A stretch of DNA of 63,847 nucleotides, counting the filler, from Neolecta irregularis DAH-3 (Eukaryota): assembly GCA_001929475.1 (NCBI GenBank). It is 4 parts of 4 records of this genome, joined end to end, with 100 filler letters (N's around TTAATTAATTAA, not from the genome) between each part and the next. Parts side by side here need not be neighbours in the genome. Positions count along the whole stretch, not along the records: positions 14,511 to 41,832 come from LXFE01003829.1; positions 41,933 to 53,180 come from LXFE01000479.1; 2 more parts are not named here. The stretch is one strand, 5' to 3'. Shown one piece after another: positions 28,945 through 42,292 of this stretch. Made by a program: the position numbers and the translations under genes. A model generated the notes under the pieces. The model was not told the DNA's origin and searched no databases. It saw nothing but the letters and a program-made list of their open reading frames with translations. The first letter of the stretch is position 1, and each line of letters opens with the position of its first letter.

Positions 28945-31441
28945 ATGTCGCCCCTGTCTTCTTCAAAGTATTCTTCACAGCATCACGGCATGTTTCCTGT
29001 CATTCGACCAATTTCTCCTCTCGACGATCTGAGAAAATACCCAAGAATACCCGAGTCTATTCATCCTTTACACATCGACTATTATAATTTTCTCGAAAAG
29101 GATAGAGACTACGGCTCCTCTAGAGCGCCTTCCAATGGGCTGGATATTCCTCAGTACACACCATATCTTTGTCTACCTGCGCGTCTTTCTCAGATTTGGA
29201 TCAATCGTTGGACAGTCCTGCTATTTCTAATTTTTATCAGGCTTGCATTATTCACGTCTTCGCTGAGCAAAGATCTTGAAACCGCAGAGCGGGAAATGCA
29301 GTCAGCTTGTCTTGCCTCTGAAACCGGGGCAGGTGCTCTAGCTTCGATGCCTCATTATATGGCCAAGGGAGTCAACAAGCTAACAGCAGATACTCTCGAT
29401 AAAGCAGTTGCCGCATTGACCTTGACTTTATCTTTAATCTTGACTGCCACTGAGTCAGTTATCTTGTTTTTTATTAACATGTACAAACGTAATACCACGG
29501 TTTTCTTTAAATACTGAGATCAGAAACATATATTTGTCTACTTAATCTCTTAATTCGCGGCAGCGTCGAAGTCGTCGCGAACGCTACACTTGCTATAGCA
29601 GAATTCGTAAACAGCACACTGAACGTGATTGAACAAAACATCGAATCGGATATTAGCACGATAAACGATGGATTAAACGGTATCTCGGATGCGATTAAAA
29701 AAGTTGCAAGTATTCTCGGTCAAAACATTGCACTTCCAACAGTCCAAATTCCAGCTGCAGATGCTCTTAAACATTTCAAAATACCAGATTCATTTGCCAC
29801 CGATCTGGAGAATCTCACCAATAAAATCTCACTTAATCATGTCCAGGAACTCGCAGAAGAAGCTGTCAAATTTCCATTCGAGCAAGTGAAGGTATAAATA
29901 GTCTTGTTGTTGAATGATGTTTATCGCTTTAGGGTTTAGTCAATTCATCTCTTGGCCAGTTCAGATTTGATGAATCACTACTTATGGTACCCGATCGAGA
30001 ATACGTGACATTTTGTTCGAATAATTCAAAAGTCAAACACTTTTTCTCGGACTTGTTCGCTACTATCAAAACTACTTATAAAATCTTGACACTGCTCGTT
30101 CTCACATTTGCATTTCTCGCTATAATACCTGTTGCGATTCAAGAGTGGTGGGCATGGCGAAGGTTGAAGAGTCGAGCATCTCGATTCCTCACCGTTTTGC
30201 AAATGTCAAACACACATGATCCAATCGATCTCGTTATGATGGCCGCTAGTCCTCTTTCAGCTTGGTTGAGTTTGAAACTTTCAAATCGTTTCAAGAAGCC
30301 TCACTCTCGGGTCATGGCCCGCTGGTTTATGTCATACATCTCGACGACTCGAGCATTGGTTCTTCTTGCCATCGCTTTGGCCGGACTGCTTGCCTGTTTC
30401 CTTCAATACATTGTTCTTTCTAAATTACGAGCTGCTGCACCAGAGGTTTCTAGAGATATTGGAGACGCTCAATTGATTGTTATGCAAAAAATCCAGAATG
30501 CGTCGACTGCGTGGGCGCAACACACAAATATGTTGATCAATACGACAGAAAATAATATAAACGCCGAGGTTTTTGGTACTCTCCCCCTGCACATTGAGAA
30601 AACTCAAAAGAAAGGCTGGATAAATACTGCAACGTCTGCCGTCAATAATACCCTAGATGTCTTTATGGATACATTAAAGTCAACTCTTCGGGCTACATTC
30701 AACGGTACACCGCTATTCCAGGCAAATGAACTTGGTCGATTACTTCTGACCTCATTCTAGCCAATCGAAGATGTCTTCCGTTGTCTCATTTTTGGAAAAG
30801 TTCAAACTATTCAGAGTGGTCTCACATGGATTCATAATCATGCACATGTAACTCTTCCAACTTTGCCAAACAACACGTTCACTATTCAACCCCAATCGAA
30901 CGATATCCTGGCAAGTTCTGCCCATGAAACAACTATTCAATTTGAAAAAGTTCTGTTCCAACTTTCGGACAAATGGGCGAGTTCGATTCGAATTGAGGCA
31001 CTCTATGCAACCGCTATTCTCTCACTTTATCTGTTGCTTGTTTTATTCGGTCTGATACGGGTATTTCTGGCTGGAAATTCTCGTAATCGTAACGATGGGA
31101 TGCGTTCTTTCCTTTTGACTCCCAGTGTAGACAGCCATATGGGAGACCACCAAAAGAACGCTGTGCTGTCGCAGCAGGAGAAGTGCTTGCGATACAAAGC
31201 TGGAAGCCCACCTACTAGAGCTGCAGTTGCGACTCCTTTATCTGCATATTTCAATGATGACGACGACGATCATTGTTCTTTGAACCGAATACCACGGCCG
31301 AATTCCGAACTTCGTTTGCAGCATACACTTGCTCAGAGACCGGTGGTGGTAGAGAGACTTGACTCGATTAAAAGTGTGGATGTCAAAATCGGCAAGAAAA
31401 GTAAAAGTTGGAGGACGTCGCTGTTTCACAGCTACAAATGA
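28945..31441 (+). CDS. PRM1: Plasma-membrane fusion protein Prm1
   Basis: PYLCLPARLSQIWINRWTVLL, SMPHYMA.GVN, TFC, several TM segments, GLTWIHNHAHV. Confidence 0.9.
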
Positions 31442-31470
31442 TTTGTACAGATCGACTTGCTTCATTGTAA

Positions 31471-31526
31471 TATTTGTGGGTATATGGAGTTTCATAGAAG
31501 TATTTGTGGGCATATGGAGTTTCGTA
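31471..31526. repeat. Imperfect 30-bp tandem duplication
   Basis: tatttgtgggtatatggagtttcatagaag followed by tatttgtgggcatatggagtttcgtag. Confidence 0.8.
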
Positions 31527-31643
31527 GCACCTAATGACTGTAATTAAGCAACTCACCTCTTTCGTGATCGACCACTATACATCAGTCTCTCCGGCTCTTC
31601 TCTTGAAACTCCAAAACCATCAACTGAAACGCGGCTCTACGCT

Positions 31644-33198
31644 ATGCGTGCAGTAATACGCTGGTTTGCTTGTTTGATATTTCTCGTTGGCGCTTTCCTC
31701 GCTATTATTCACGGAACCTTACATGCCAATATCGCCGCTCAGATTCGCTCTCTCAAGGATGTTGAATCCCGTTCCAAGACTAAGGAACTTTCTGTCGACC
31801 CTGTGCCCACGCTTCCCCAGCTACCAGTTCGATGTAAAGTATATACATACTTTGATCACAAAGCCGCCGATATGTCGTCCGAAAAACTACTCCTTACCAT
31901 CTGGAAGAGAGCATGGTCGCATTTCGGATTACGCCCCATCGTACTCAATATTGATGATGCCAAAAAGAACACCCGGTACAATTCGCTTGCAGCAGACCTG
32001 AGGGAAGACCCTAGCTATTTGCACTGGTTGGCGGTTTCGCAAGCGGGTGGCAGCTTGCTAATGGATTATCGGGTATTGCTGGCATCATTTTTTCGACTAG
32101 CTGATAAGCAAGGTTTTCCCCATGGCCGACCCTTTGGATCTGACTTTTGATTATCTCCGCTCATGTCAGTTCTCATCCTTAGTGAGATATTCTGCGCTTG
32201 ATGCTGCTCTATTCCATGGCAGTCCGGAATCGATATCTGCACTTGTGATGAATATAACCTCCGAAAACTTCACATCAACAAAGGCACATAAAGATTTTCA
32301 GGACCCCATTCTACGTCACGCCTCCTCGTCTTTTAAAATAACACACCCGCCCCCAGGACTCGCCTATTATTCACCATCCACAGTCAAGCACCTTTATCCA
32401 AACCTCAACAATAACGAGCTCCCAGGCCTGGTAAATTCGCATCTCCACCAGGAATTTCTCCGCATACATCAGAAAGGAATATCTATTATTGATCCCTTTC
32501 CTCCTCGTTACCATTCTGATTTATTCAACCTTCCTTCCGAACGTCTTGCACAACGAATAAGCAAATGTCCTAAAACCGAGTCTCACTTGAACTGCATACC
32601 AAATACCCCGGCATGCACACCTTGTAAAGATATACATTACTCATTCCATCACTCTTTCGGAGCGAGCATGGATGGAGTCTTCTTTTTGGTAAATCTGCCT
32701 CACCCCCTGATCTCCACTGCAATTATCCTTGAAGAAACAGCGAGCTCAATTACTCCGAACCAGCTCGTCAAATATTCGGATCGGAACGAGTGGATCAAGT
32801 TTATCACCAAGGACGTTTTTCATAAATCGCACAAAAGCATAACAGAAAAAGTGAAATATCTAGAGGATATAGCAGTACAAAACAAACGGTCTATATGGTC
32901 AGTTTGGGATCAAGGGTTTGTAGATATCGAATCAGAGTTAGGCTTTGAACTACAAACGCTGGATGTAGGGGGCTACTCGGATGATGTTTTGGATCTTGGG
33001 GACAGTATTCAGCTTAGAGAGCAGGCGAAACAATATATGCTGGGGAACGCGGAAGCATTAGAGTCAGGAGGCAGTTTCGAGATCGCAGAAGCATGGCATC
33101 CCTATCACACCAAGTTTTTTCGGTTCGTCTCGGCGTGGCAAAAGAAAGTTCGACTAGAACGAAAAGAACATCCTGATTTAAGAAGCACTGACCTTTGA
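31644..33198 (+). CDS. Uncharacterised type II membrane protein (2 exons)
   Basis: N-terminal TM anchor; 168-aa and 358-aa ORFs joined by GT-AG intron near 32073-32111; VYTYF, W.RAW..G..P, WLA motifs. Confidence 0.75.
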
Positions 33199-33324
33199 AG
33201 CATCTGTCTAAATCAAACGGCGTTGGTTGGGGGTGGGGGGGGATTAAAGTTATTCATGTTCATGTATAATCGATCGCCTTATTTAGTTTGTACATTTTCT
33301 GGAAATGCATCCGTTTTACCATTT

Positions 33325-36143
33325 TTATACCCCTGGAGTCTGTCTTATACGAGTACTGGGATTTTGCAAAGCACTGCCGAAACCAATCAGTCGCTTTCCA
33401 TTGCGAGCTTTCTTTCCAGCCCCATCGCCATACCTCTCATCCCACTTCCTCAGCTCGGTCAATGTTGCCATATCGTCACTGATACTGGGAGCTATTTCAT
33501 CGAAAGCCACTTCTATATGCGACTTCCTTAACACTCTTTTCGAATGTTGTGTTGACGAGGATTCTGTGACTGCTGACATTGCAGCAGCAACGCAGAGATT
33601 CTTAAGATCCGATCCAGAGAATAGATTCGTCCGAGTAGCAATTTCTGCTAAATCGATATCCGAATCCAAAGTCTCCTCTTGAAGATGTATGCGTAAAATT
33701 TCCTTGCGGTCTTCCACAGTAGGTAGATCGACAAGTATCCTTCTCGGCATTCTTCGAACAATGGCGTCATCGATATCGAATGGCCGATTTGTAGCACCCA
33801 TGAGAAGTACTCCTTTTGTTTGACTAGTCAAACCGTCCCATTCTGCCATAAATTGATTGATGATCTCGCGGTGAGATGGACTATTATAATCTGAACGTCG
33901 TGAGGCAAATATAGCATCAACTTCATCCAGAAAAATCACGCAAGGGGCAAGTTTTCGAGCGAGAGAAAATATAGCCTGACCATCAAAAATGCAGGCCCAG
34001 GATGGCTGATACCTTGACATTCTTCTCACCCTCACCCACATACATATCAAAGACTTCACTTCCTTTGACTTCGAGAACTCTGGCTCCACTTTCTTTCGCA
34101 ACGGCTTTTGCGAGCATCGTCTAACCTTATCAATGCGATTTTTCAGAGATATGGTTACCTTCCCGGACCCAGGAGGCCCAAATAGTAAAACTCCAGATAT
34201 CATATTTTTGGCAAGGATTCCATGAGAAAATGCTTCAGGATGAGTTAACGGTAAAGATATCAACATTTTCAACGCTTTGACAGTTGTTTCAGGCGCTCTC
34301 ACCGACGAAAATCCAACCTGAATCTTGTCTAGACAATGTCAGTAGCAATCATACGATTGAGAAAAACCAGGATCGACGACTCCACCAAGAAGTTTCTTCT
34401 CGTAGCGGTTACAATCATCGAAGGGTATAGGTTTTAATACTCCGTCCTTGCGTGTGGTATCCTCTTGTTTACGGATTCTTTCCTTGCTTTCTACCTCCCA
34501 TTTCTTCTTGGATTCTTCCACCTTTTCAACCAGCGACAATGCCTTTACAATGTCCTGTTGCGTGATAGTACCACATATCGGCGTTTTCTGTGCTATTTCA
34601 CCGACAACTATCGAAGCCATCCGGTTTATGCGATAAAAGGACCATACCGTTTCTGATAAGTCTTTACGAGAATCTAGTTCTGAACCATGTGTGCTGTTCA
34701 GAAGAAGAGGGAATCGAGTGATTGGTATATTTGAGCCCAGCTTGCGTTTGATTTGATCATACATGTGTCGAAGATTTACTGTCCGCAGGCGTCGAGCATG
34801 ATCCTCGGTATATATCTTCTGCATCTCTGGAGTTGCTGAAGGAGGAATGCCGATTAAATGATAAGACCGGTCAATCTGTTCAGAGGCAGATGACATGCCA
34901 TATGCAGAGCTACTTGATGCAGCTCCACCGATAACTATGAGTTTTTCGCCGCTTTTTCGTTTTTCCCGTACGATCTCCTGGATCGTAGAGTGAATATTTG
35001 AACCGTAAGACGAGCCGAACAAGGAAAAGAAATCCGCAAGGTAGAGTATCGTTGGTCGAGGTAGCGCGGTTCCTCGGGAGACGGATGAGCCCTCAACAGG
35101 TCCCTTCAGTCTGGCGCCGTCTAGAATACGTGTGAGGAAAGCCATTAATGTATCGTGTGGATCTGAAGAACTCTTTGTGATGAAGGGAAGACCCCCCAAA
35201 TTTATATTGGGACGTCCCGACGATTCCAAGGCCGATGTAACAATTTGAACCAAATGTGGGGTTTGATGTGAGAAGATGGACGTATGGGATGGCCTCCCAT
35301 GTTCTGGATCTATGTCAGGCCCGTCGTCATCTTCTTCGCCCTCTAGATCCTCTTCGTCTCGAGCAGCTGTCTCCGAGGCTGACTGATTTGAATAACCCAA
35401 AGTGCGTAAGACACTGTTATTCATGGGAAAGTCTGTACCTAAAATATGAACTATGCTAGACATTCCCAAGATTTACCAGTAGTATCCATCAAATCTCCAG
35501 TCAATTCTTCCAAATCCTGAGCATCGATTTTGATTAAATTTGCTTCAACCTCTTTTGCAATCCGGTGGACGAGATCTTGAAGAAAATACGCTGTCCCGTC
35601 ATGGGGACATTGAAGAATGATATGAGATTTCTTGGCAGCAACACTATTAATGGAAGGCCCTTGAGGAGCCATGAGTCCAGCTTGAGCATGACAAATTATT
35701 TCTTGCCATAAGTCGTCCGGTAGCTTTTCATAAGCTATCCCTGAGGTCTCCGTAGAGGATGTAGAGGTTTTGAGTGCTGCGTATTCCTCAAATCGTTCAA
35801 CATTTCGTTCGAGGAACCACTGGGGTACTTTAAGTCCAGTTTCCTGCGTCTCTTCCTTTTCATTATTTGTCCGACTTTTAGGCGGCCGGCCTCTTTTTTT
35901 TATAGTTCTCCCCAAACTATTACTAGACTCTGTCACAGAGGCCCCAGAGTTATTCTGCGGGTTGTCATTCGGATCATCTGCCGGTGGAGCTGGAGGCGAA
36001 TCTTCGCTGGCATATCGTCTTTCTGGTTCTGGAGGAGTTTGAACGGTGAAAGTCGGGACGGATGAAGAAGATCGAGTATATATCGATGGCCGTATATGAG
36101 AAACTAAATTCGTTGCAAGTCTTCGAGAAACCGGACGAAGCAT
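33325..36143 (-). CDS. Mitochondrial AAA ATPase (Msp1/spastin-like clade)
   Basis: GVLLFGPPGSGK Walker A, IFLDEVD Walker B, ATNRPFDIDDAIVRRMPRR SRH; presequence-like MLRPVSRRL. Confidence 0.9.
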
Positions 36144-36542
36144 AATATGTGTGGTCTGGGGACACCGCAAGGTTCAAAAATGCACAAAGTTTAATTTCGA
36201 TTGTTGGAGTATAGTCAGGATTTTTGCTTTCACGTGTGGTATGCTACCACTTCGGACTCTAATTTTCTTTATAGATTAGATACGTCCAATATCCCATTTC
36301 TATATAAATAAGAGCCGGAAGACAGGCTGGTGTACAATCAGAAGTCTTTTTCAAGGTCTTTGAAGCATGGCAGACGGTCTGTCGGTAACATGCAAGTCAC
36401 AGCCAATTATCATGGAGGGTGGATGAATACAAACTTACAATCACGAAACAAGAGATGAGATCAAAAGCAAAGCAAAGCACGGCACTCAATAGTCACTCGA
36501 AGTCACGAACGGATTGTCATCAAAATCAAGGCTGACAACCTT

Positions 36543-38339
36543 TCAAACTCCAGGTGCTCCGCCATAATAAGACGTTCCGGGTGCTCCAGACTGGCCAGGA
36601 GCTTGAGGCTGTTGACCTTGAGAAGCCTGCCACTGTTGCCACATCGCTAAATAGTTTGCATAGCCGCCGTACTGGGCATAAGGATCACCACCAGCATCGC
36701 CAACAGAGGCAGTTTGGTCGTATGCGTTCGCTATATCTTAGCGTTCGCGCTGAGAAAGAATACAACAAACCTTCAGATTCATGATATGCAGCATCATCTT
36801 GCATATTGCCGTATTGTGGACGTTGCTGCTGGTTAGTATGACCTCCACGATTGCCATAGCCGGCAGCTTGCTGAGGATTTCCACCGGAACGGGGAGTCTA
36901 AATCATGGATCAGAGGATATCTGATGAGCAATTGTCATACCGCGGAATCAACTTTTTCTTGTATGAGCTCCCGAGCTCGTACTACAGCATTACTTTCACC
37001 AACAAGATTGATTTCTCGTCTGCCGTCTGCAGCTGGTTGCGAAGCAATGTTGACTTTACAGCCAGTAGAAACTTGGATATCCTTCACTGTCTCCCCACCT
37101 ATAGATCAGCAATATTACTTGGTCAGGTCATACCTTTGCCGATGATCAGGCCAACTGCTTCCTGGGGAACTATCATCACATCTGTTGCTTGTTCAGCATT
37201 GATCTTCGGTCCGCGAACTCCTCTCTGTTGTCGAGGCAGACCCTGATCCGGTTTTCCGCCATTCTTTCGTTCCAAATCCCCTGCAACGATATCATCGATC
37301 ATCTTTCTCGCAATCATATTGTTCTCATTTCGTCCAATCAAGTTTACTGGTCTCATCCCATTCTCTGAATCCGTAGTGATATTAACATGTGTATCCGCTT
37401 TCTCTTGTATTTCACGAATGGTTTCCCCCCCTCTTCCAATTATGAGGCCAACGCACTGATCAGGTACATATATTTTTAGTAACTCCTTATCACCTTCAAG
37501 TAAGGGTGCGGGAAGTTGCCCATTTTTCTCGTGCCTCTTCGGAGCAAAACGCATGACTTTGTTATCTTCAATCACCTTCATGATTTCGTCGTGGGCAGCA
37601 TCCACTTGGGCGCGACTACCCGATAGGTTACACACGCGATCTTTACTCGAAGAATTGGGATCTAGGGAGTCAGGATTTATGAATGAAACCGACTCTACTA
37701 TTGCCAAATTGAACTTTGGCGCCTGTCACCTGTTCGATACGTTTGAGCGTTTCTCCACCCTTCCCAATAACTAGGCCGACATATTCATAATCAATGGTAA
37801 GTCGTTCTGATACTGCACCTCTACGACGAGGAGGACTATACGAGCTTCGCCTTGTATCAGGAGGCGAGAACCGATTAGAGCGTCCGTAACCTACAGGAGA
37901 ACGCGAATCCCGTCTCCTGGGCGGAGTTCTGGGTCGACGATCGTCATATAAATGTCTATCCCTGGGCATTTCATATCCGCCTCGATATCCAGCTAATTGG
38001 TGTAAATAGGAAAAAGAATTGTAAATACGTGATCGTGAACGCGACCGCGAGTGGCGTCTTGGGGGACCGCGAGGATCATCATAAGGATAAGGCCGAGAGG
38101 AACTATCCAAGGTCATGCTACCAGAATTTGTTGGCTTAAGGCTTGACCAGTCGAATGACCCGGATGATGTAGGTTGTATGCCTGGGAGCAAGCCGTTCAT
38201 CAAAGATTGCGGAGCAATTTGCCCTCCCTGCTGAGTCTGTTGCTGCTGAGCGGCTAAAATTTTGATTAAAGCTGCTTCAACAAGAGCATTTGGTACCGAG
38301 AGCAGCAAGTAATGCCGCAACTTGTGCCTGGTCGGCCAT
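36543..38339 (-). CDS. KH-domain RNA-binding protein (FUBP-like, three KH domains)
   Basis: VGLVIGKGGETL, VGLIIGRGGETI, VGLIIGKG; RS-rich N-region; YAQYGGY and Gln-rich tail. Confidence 0.88.
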
Positions 38340-38505
38340 GCTATCGGACTATTTATGGTGTTGCAAAGAAGTCGGCAAAGATTTTGGTGGTTAGGCTCGA
38401 CAGCGACCAATTCGTTGACTAAATACGCCAAATGGCAAATATTATATAATTTTCTAATCTCTAATATTTGCAATTATGGATATTTACAAAAAAGAGGAAA
38501 CATCT

Positions 38506-41153
38506 CTAGAATCTGATATCCCAGCCCAATTTCCTTGAGAATTAGTGAATTGCAAGCCTGAGATGGAACATACTCTCCAAATTCAGGCAGTCTTTCAGCT
38601 ATTTCTGCAACGTCCTATAGCGTCAATATTCCTTAATGAAAGAGAAAGTACCTTATCACCCCTACCAGAGAGACAAATAACAATATCCTTGTCCTTGTCC
38701 ATAGTCTTAGCCAACTGGATAGCACCGTAAATTGCATGTGAAGATTCAAGAGCTAAATCCTAAACGCAGACATTTGAGAACATACCTGGTATAATTCCTT
38801 CAAGTTCGGACAGAATTCGAAACCCCTCAAGGGCCTGAAGATCGGTTGCAGCAATAAATTCAGCACGTCCAGAATCCTTCCACATCGCGAGTTCAGGCCC
38901 AACACCAGGATAATCTAGGCCAGCTGATACCTAAAATAATCAACAACAAACTCATTAAATTATGATACTGAATGTGTATCTTGAATTTGGCCTTCCTTGC
39001 TTTGCAGAATGTATGTCCGAACCCCATGAAAGACACCCTTAGAACCTCCAGTCAACGTTGCACTATGACGCATAGTTTCAACACCTCTAGTTTAGCCGAG
39101 CTTTGATGACTAGGCAATTACCGTCACCCCCAGCTTCAACTCCTAGGAGCTTTACAGATGTGTCCTCGGAGAATGGATAGAACATCCCGGCACTGTTACT
39201 TCCTCCTCCAACGCAAGCGACAACAGCGTCCGGCAACTTTCCACGTTCAGTCATCATCTGTTTTTTGGTTTCTTGACCAATGACGCTTTGGAACTTTGAG
39301 ATCAATAATACCTCAGAAACAGTAATTTACTGTTCGAACAACGGTAGGAAAGGGGTGAGGTCCAATAGCAGATCCAATGATGTAATGAGTTGTTGAGAGA
39401 TTGGTAACCCAGGACCTCATGGCTTCATTGACAGCATCTCGAAGGGTCCTTGTGCCTATTTGTTGGATAAAGCGGCGGTATACCAAGTACCTGCTTCGAC
39501 GGCGATAACCTTGGCACCCAGAAGTTTCATTCGAAAAACATTCAAGGCTTGTCTCCGAACATCTTCCTATTCGTGTTAGAGCAGTTGCGAAAATTAAATC
39601 GTACAGCTCCCATATAAACTGTACACTTCATGCCAAATTTGGCTGCAACTGTTGCAGTTGCAACACCATGCTGACCGGCACCAGTTTCCGCGATGACGTG
39701 GGTTTTACCGAGCCTTCGAGCTAGGAGAACCTGCCCAATCGCATTATTGATCTTGTGGCTCCTGGTATAGTTAGTGTCAATTGGCAAAATAATTGGATAT
39801 ACCCAGTATGGTTCAGGTCTTCTCGTTTGAGCCAAATTTTAGCCCCGCCGATGTGCTCGGTTAGCCTATTTGCATACTGCAAATGACTGGGTCTTCCCAT
39901 GTACGGATAATAACTTCTATACTCCTCCCAAAACGAGGCGTCGTTAATTGCCGATATGAACACTGCTTCAAGTTCCTGAAGACAATCTACAAGAGCTTCC
40001 GGTACGTACTGACCGCCAAACTCGCCGAATCTTGAAGGCAAGCTCTCACAGTTCGAGGAACCATTGGCCTGAGCTTGAGGGATTGCATCGAGTTGATTCC
40101 CCGTGTTCCCAATTGATGATCCGCTAACTTTGATCACTTCCGAAGGAATCCCTTCATGTTGCTCTATTGCGTTTCCAATGCATTCAGCGATCCCAACCTC
40201 CCGTGATGTCTCGGTATCTTTGCATATAATCCCTTTGCAGAATTTCCTAACTTCTGTCGCGGCTTGACCAGTTGGGGAATCTGAAATGATATTGACAACT
40301 TGACTTCCTATCACAATCCCATCGGCAATCTTTCCAACGCTTAAAAAGTGTTCTCGAGTCGAGACTCCAAATCCTACTGCGAGAGGGATATCCCCGCTCA
40401 ATTCCCGAACTTGTGCACAAAGGCTTGGTAATGCAACATTCACTGAGGAGGTTGCACCAGTAACTCCCATCCTTGAAACTACGTAGATAAATGAATCGGC
40501 AATATTGCAAAGGATTTTCATTCGCTTCAGACTCGTCGATGGAGCGATCAGAGGGATATAGCTTAATCTAACTGATCAACGTTGAGTGGTATAAAGATCT
40601 TAACCGTTCAGTCGCACAGTATTCTCGGAAATTAACAGCTTCTTCAGGCGGAAGATCGACAACAATGAATCCGTTAGCCCCCATTTCTCGGGCTTTTCTG
40701 ACCACTTTTTCTTCGCCGTACATCAATAGAGGATTGTAATAACCCATCAAGATGATAGGAGCCTTGACACCTCGCTGGCGCGCTTGTCCGACAAGCTCAA
40801 GCGTACTTTGAAGAGAAACGCCATGAGATAGAGCAACCTTGTATTAAGATAAAGTGACAATTGTGTTCATACAGAATTCGACCTTTGGATTGTTGGACCA
40901 TCTGCAAGCGGATCGGTGAACGGGATGCCTCCTATCAGCTCTGAGAATCCATCTCATGACTACCAAGTTCGATAATGTCTGATCCGCCAGCTTCCATCGC
41001 CTCAACTATATCAAGCGTTTCAGCCGGGGAAGGAAACCCGGCCGTAACAAAAGTGACCAAGGCTGTTCGGCCTCATTATTGGACGGGTTTCCAGAGTAGA
41101 CACATACCTTCTGCCTTGCACTTGGCAAAAGTAGATCGTATGGCGTCGGTCAT
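38506..41153 (-). CDS. TRP5: Tryptophan synthase, fused alpha-beta
   Basis: [65 protein letters not shown]. Confidence 0.97.
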
Positions 41154-41278
41154 GGTAGATGCCAGATGAGATAAGCTCTGCGCCGATTTAACCGACACCC
41201 CCCTAAACCGACAGCTCAAAAAAATACTCGACGCATATATTTGACTACCCAATGTTCTATTCAAAGTTTAGCTGCCAT

Positions 41279-41345
41279 CAGTGTTGGGGACGGACCAAAG
41301 CCCATGGGCTTTTCTGAGGGTCCGGTCCGGCCCATGGACTGGTAT
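41279..41345 (+). repeat. GGGCC/CCATGG-rich putative DNA-transposon end
   Basis: CAGTGTTGGGGACGGACCAAAGCCC, 21/25 identical to 42128-42152; related start at 53009. Confidence 0.5.
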
Positions 41346-41611
41346 GTGAGAACCATTTTGGGTGGAGGCATGCAGGGTAGAGATGGGCAGGGCAAGAATA
41401 TGTTTAAAAGCGAGTATAATGCTACATTATGTATATATTCTCTTCCGGCGGCTGCAGCAGTGATAACGGGTGAAGAGGGCGGCGGTAACGGGCTAGCAGT
41501 AACGGGCGGGAGAGGCGGGCGAGACGGGAGGAGGTGGGAGAGACGGGCGAGACGGGCCGGTGAGGCAGGCGAGGCGGGTAGGAAGGCGGATAGGGATGAG
41601 ACAGGGAAGGG

Positions 41612-41792
41612 CGTAAGTATTGAAGCCCAGATACAAATAAGACCAGGCTGTATTGTTTCTAGCCTAAGTGTTGGCGACTTGGCTACGTATCAACAGCCTA
41701 TCTATATTATATACAACAATTTTAATTGCCGCAATATTAATGCAAGCCTTCCTTCTGTATTGGTAAGCGTGTACCATAGGTAGACGCTTACA
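41612..41792 (+). mobile_element. LTR preceded by polypurine tract (probable 3' LTR)
   Basis: CGTAAG...CTTACA, homologous to 3799-3979; preceded by ggatagggatgagacagggaaggg; no TSD. Confidence 0.75.
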
Positions 41793-41932
41793 AGAACAAT
41801 GACCAATCCTAGGATGATCATAAAAGGGCTATNNNNNNNNNNNNNNNNNNNNNNNNNNNNNNNNNNNNNNNNNNNNTTAATTAATTAANNNNNNNNNNNN
41901 NNNNNNNNNNNNNNNNNNNNNNNNNNNNNNNN

Positions 41933-42098
41933 TATGAGGCAGCGAAATCACGTAAATTTCGCCAAAGCCGAGCGTTCTGTTGCCTGTGAATGTCGAGACG
42001 ACTTTGGATGTTTCAAAGAGCCTTTTTGTCGTAATGACTGTGACAATACTGAGAATTACCCACGAGATTAGAACCAGAAAGCATTTTGAATATATCAT
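41933..42098 (-). CDS. 5' part of a GT25-family glycosyltransferase, cut by a gap
   Basis: TM anchor followed by NRTLGFGEIYVISLPH, the typical start of the fungal GT25 domain. Confidence 0.65.
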
Positions 42099-42127
42099 GT
42101 TGTACAATTAGTCGATGCCTTGATGGG

Positions 42128-42231
42128 CAGTATTGCGGATGGGCCAAAGCCCGGCTCACAGGCTAGTCCATGATCCGGGCCAGGCCGGGCCGGGCCAGCC
42201 CATGGACGGATGAAGCTATTCATAGTCCTAA
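42128..42231. repeat. GGGCC-rich MITE-like segment
   Basis: CAGTATTGCGGATGGGCCAAAGCCC...ccgggccaggccgggccgggccagcccatgg. Confidence 0.55.
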
Positions 42232-42292
42232 TGCCAAAGTGTTATGCATTGAAATATTCTCTAGAGCTTGTAGTAGCGGATTCTGAGTCACG

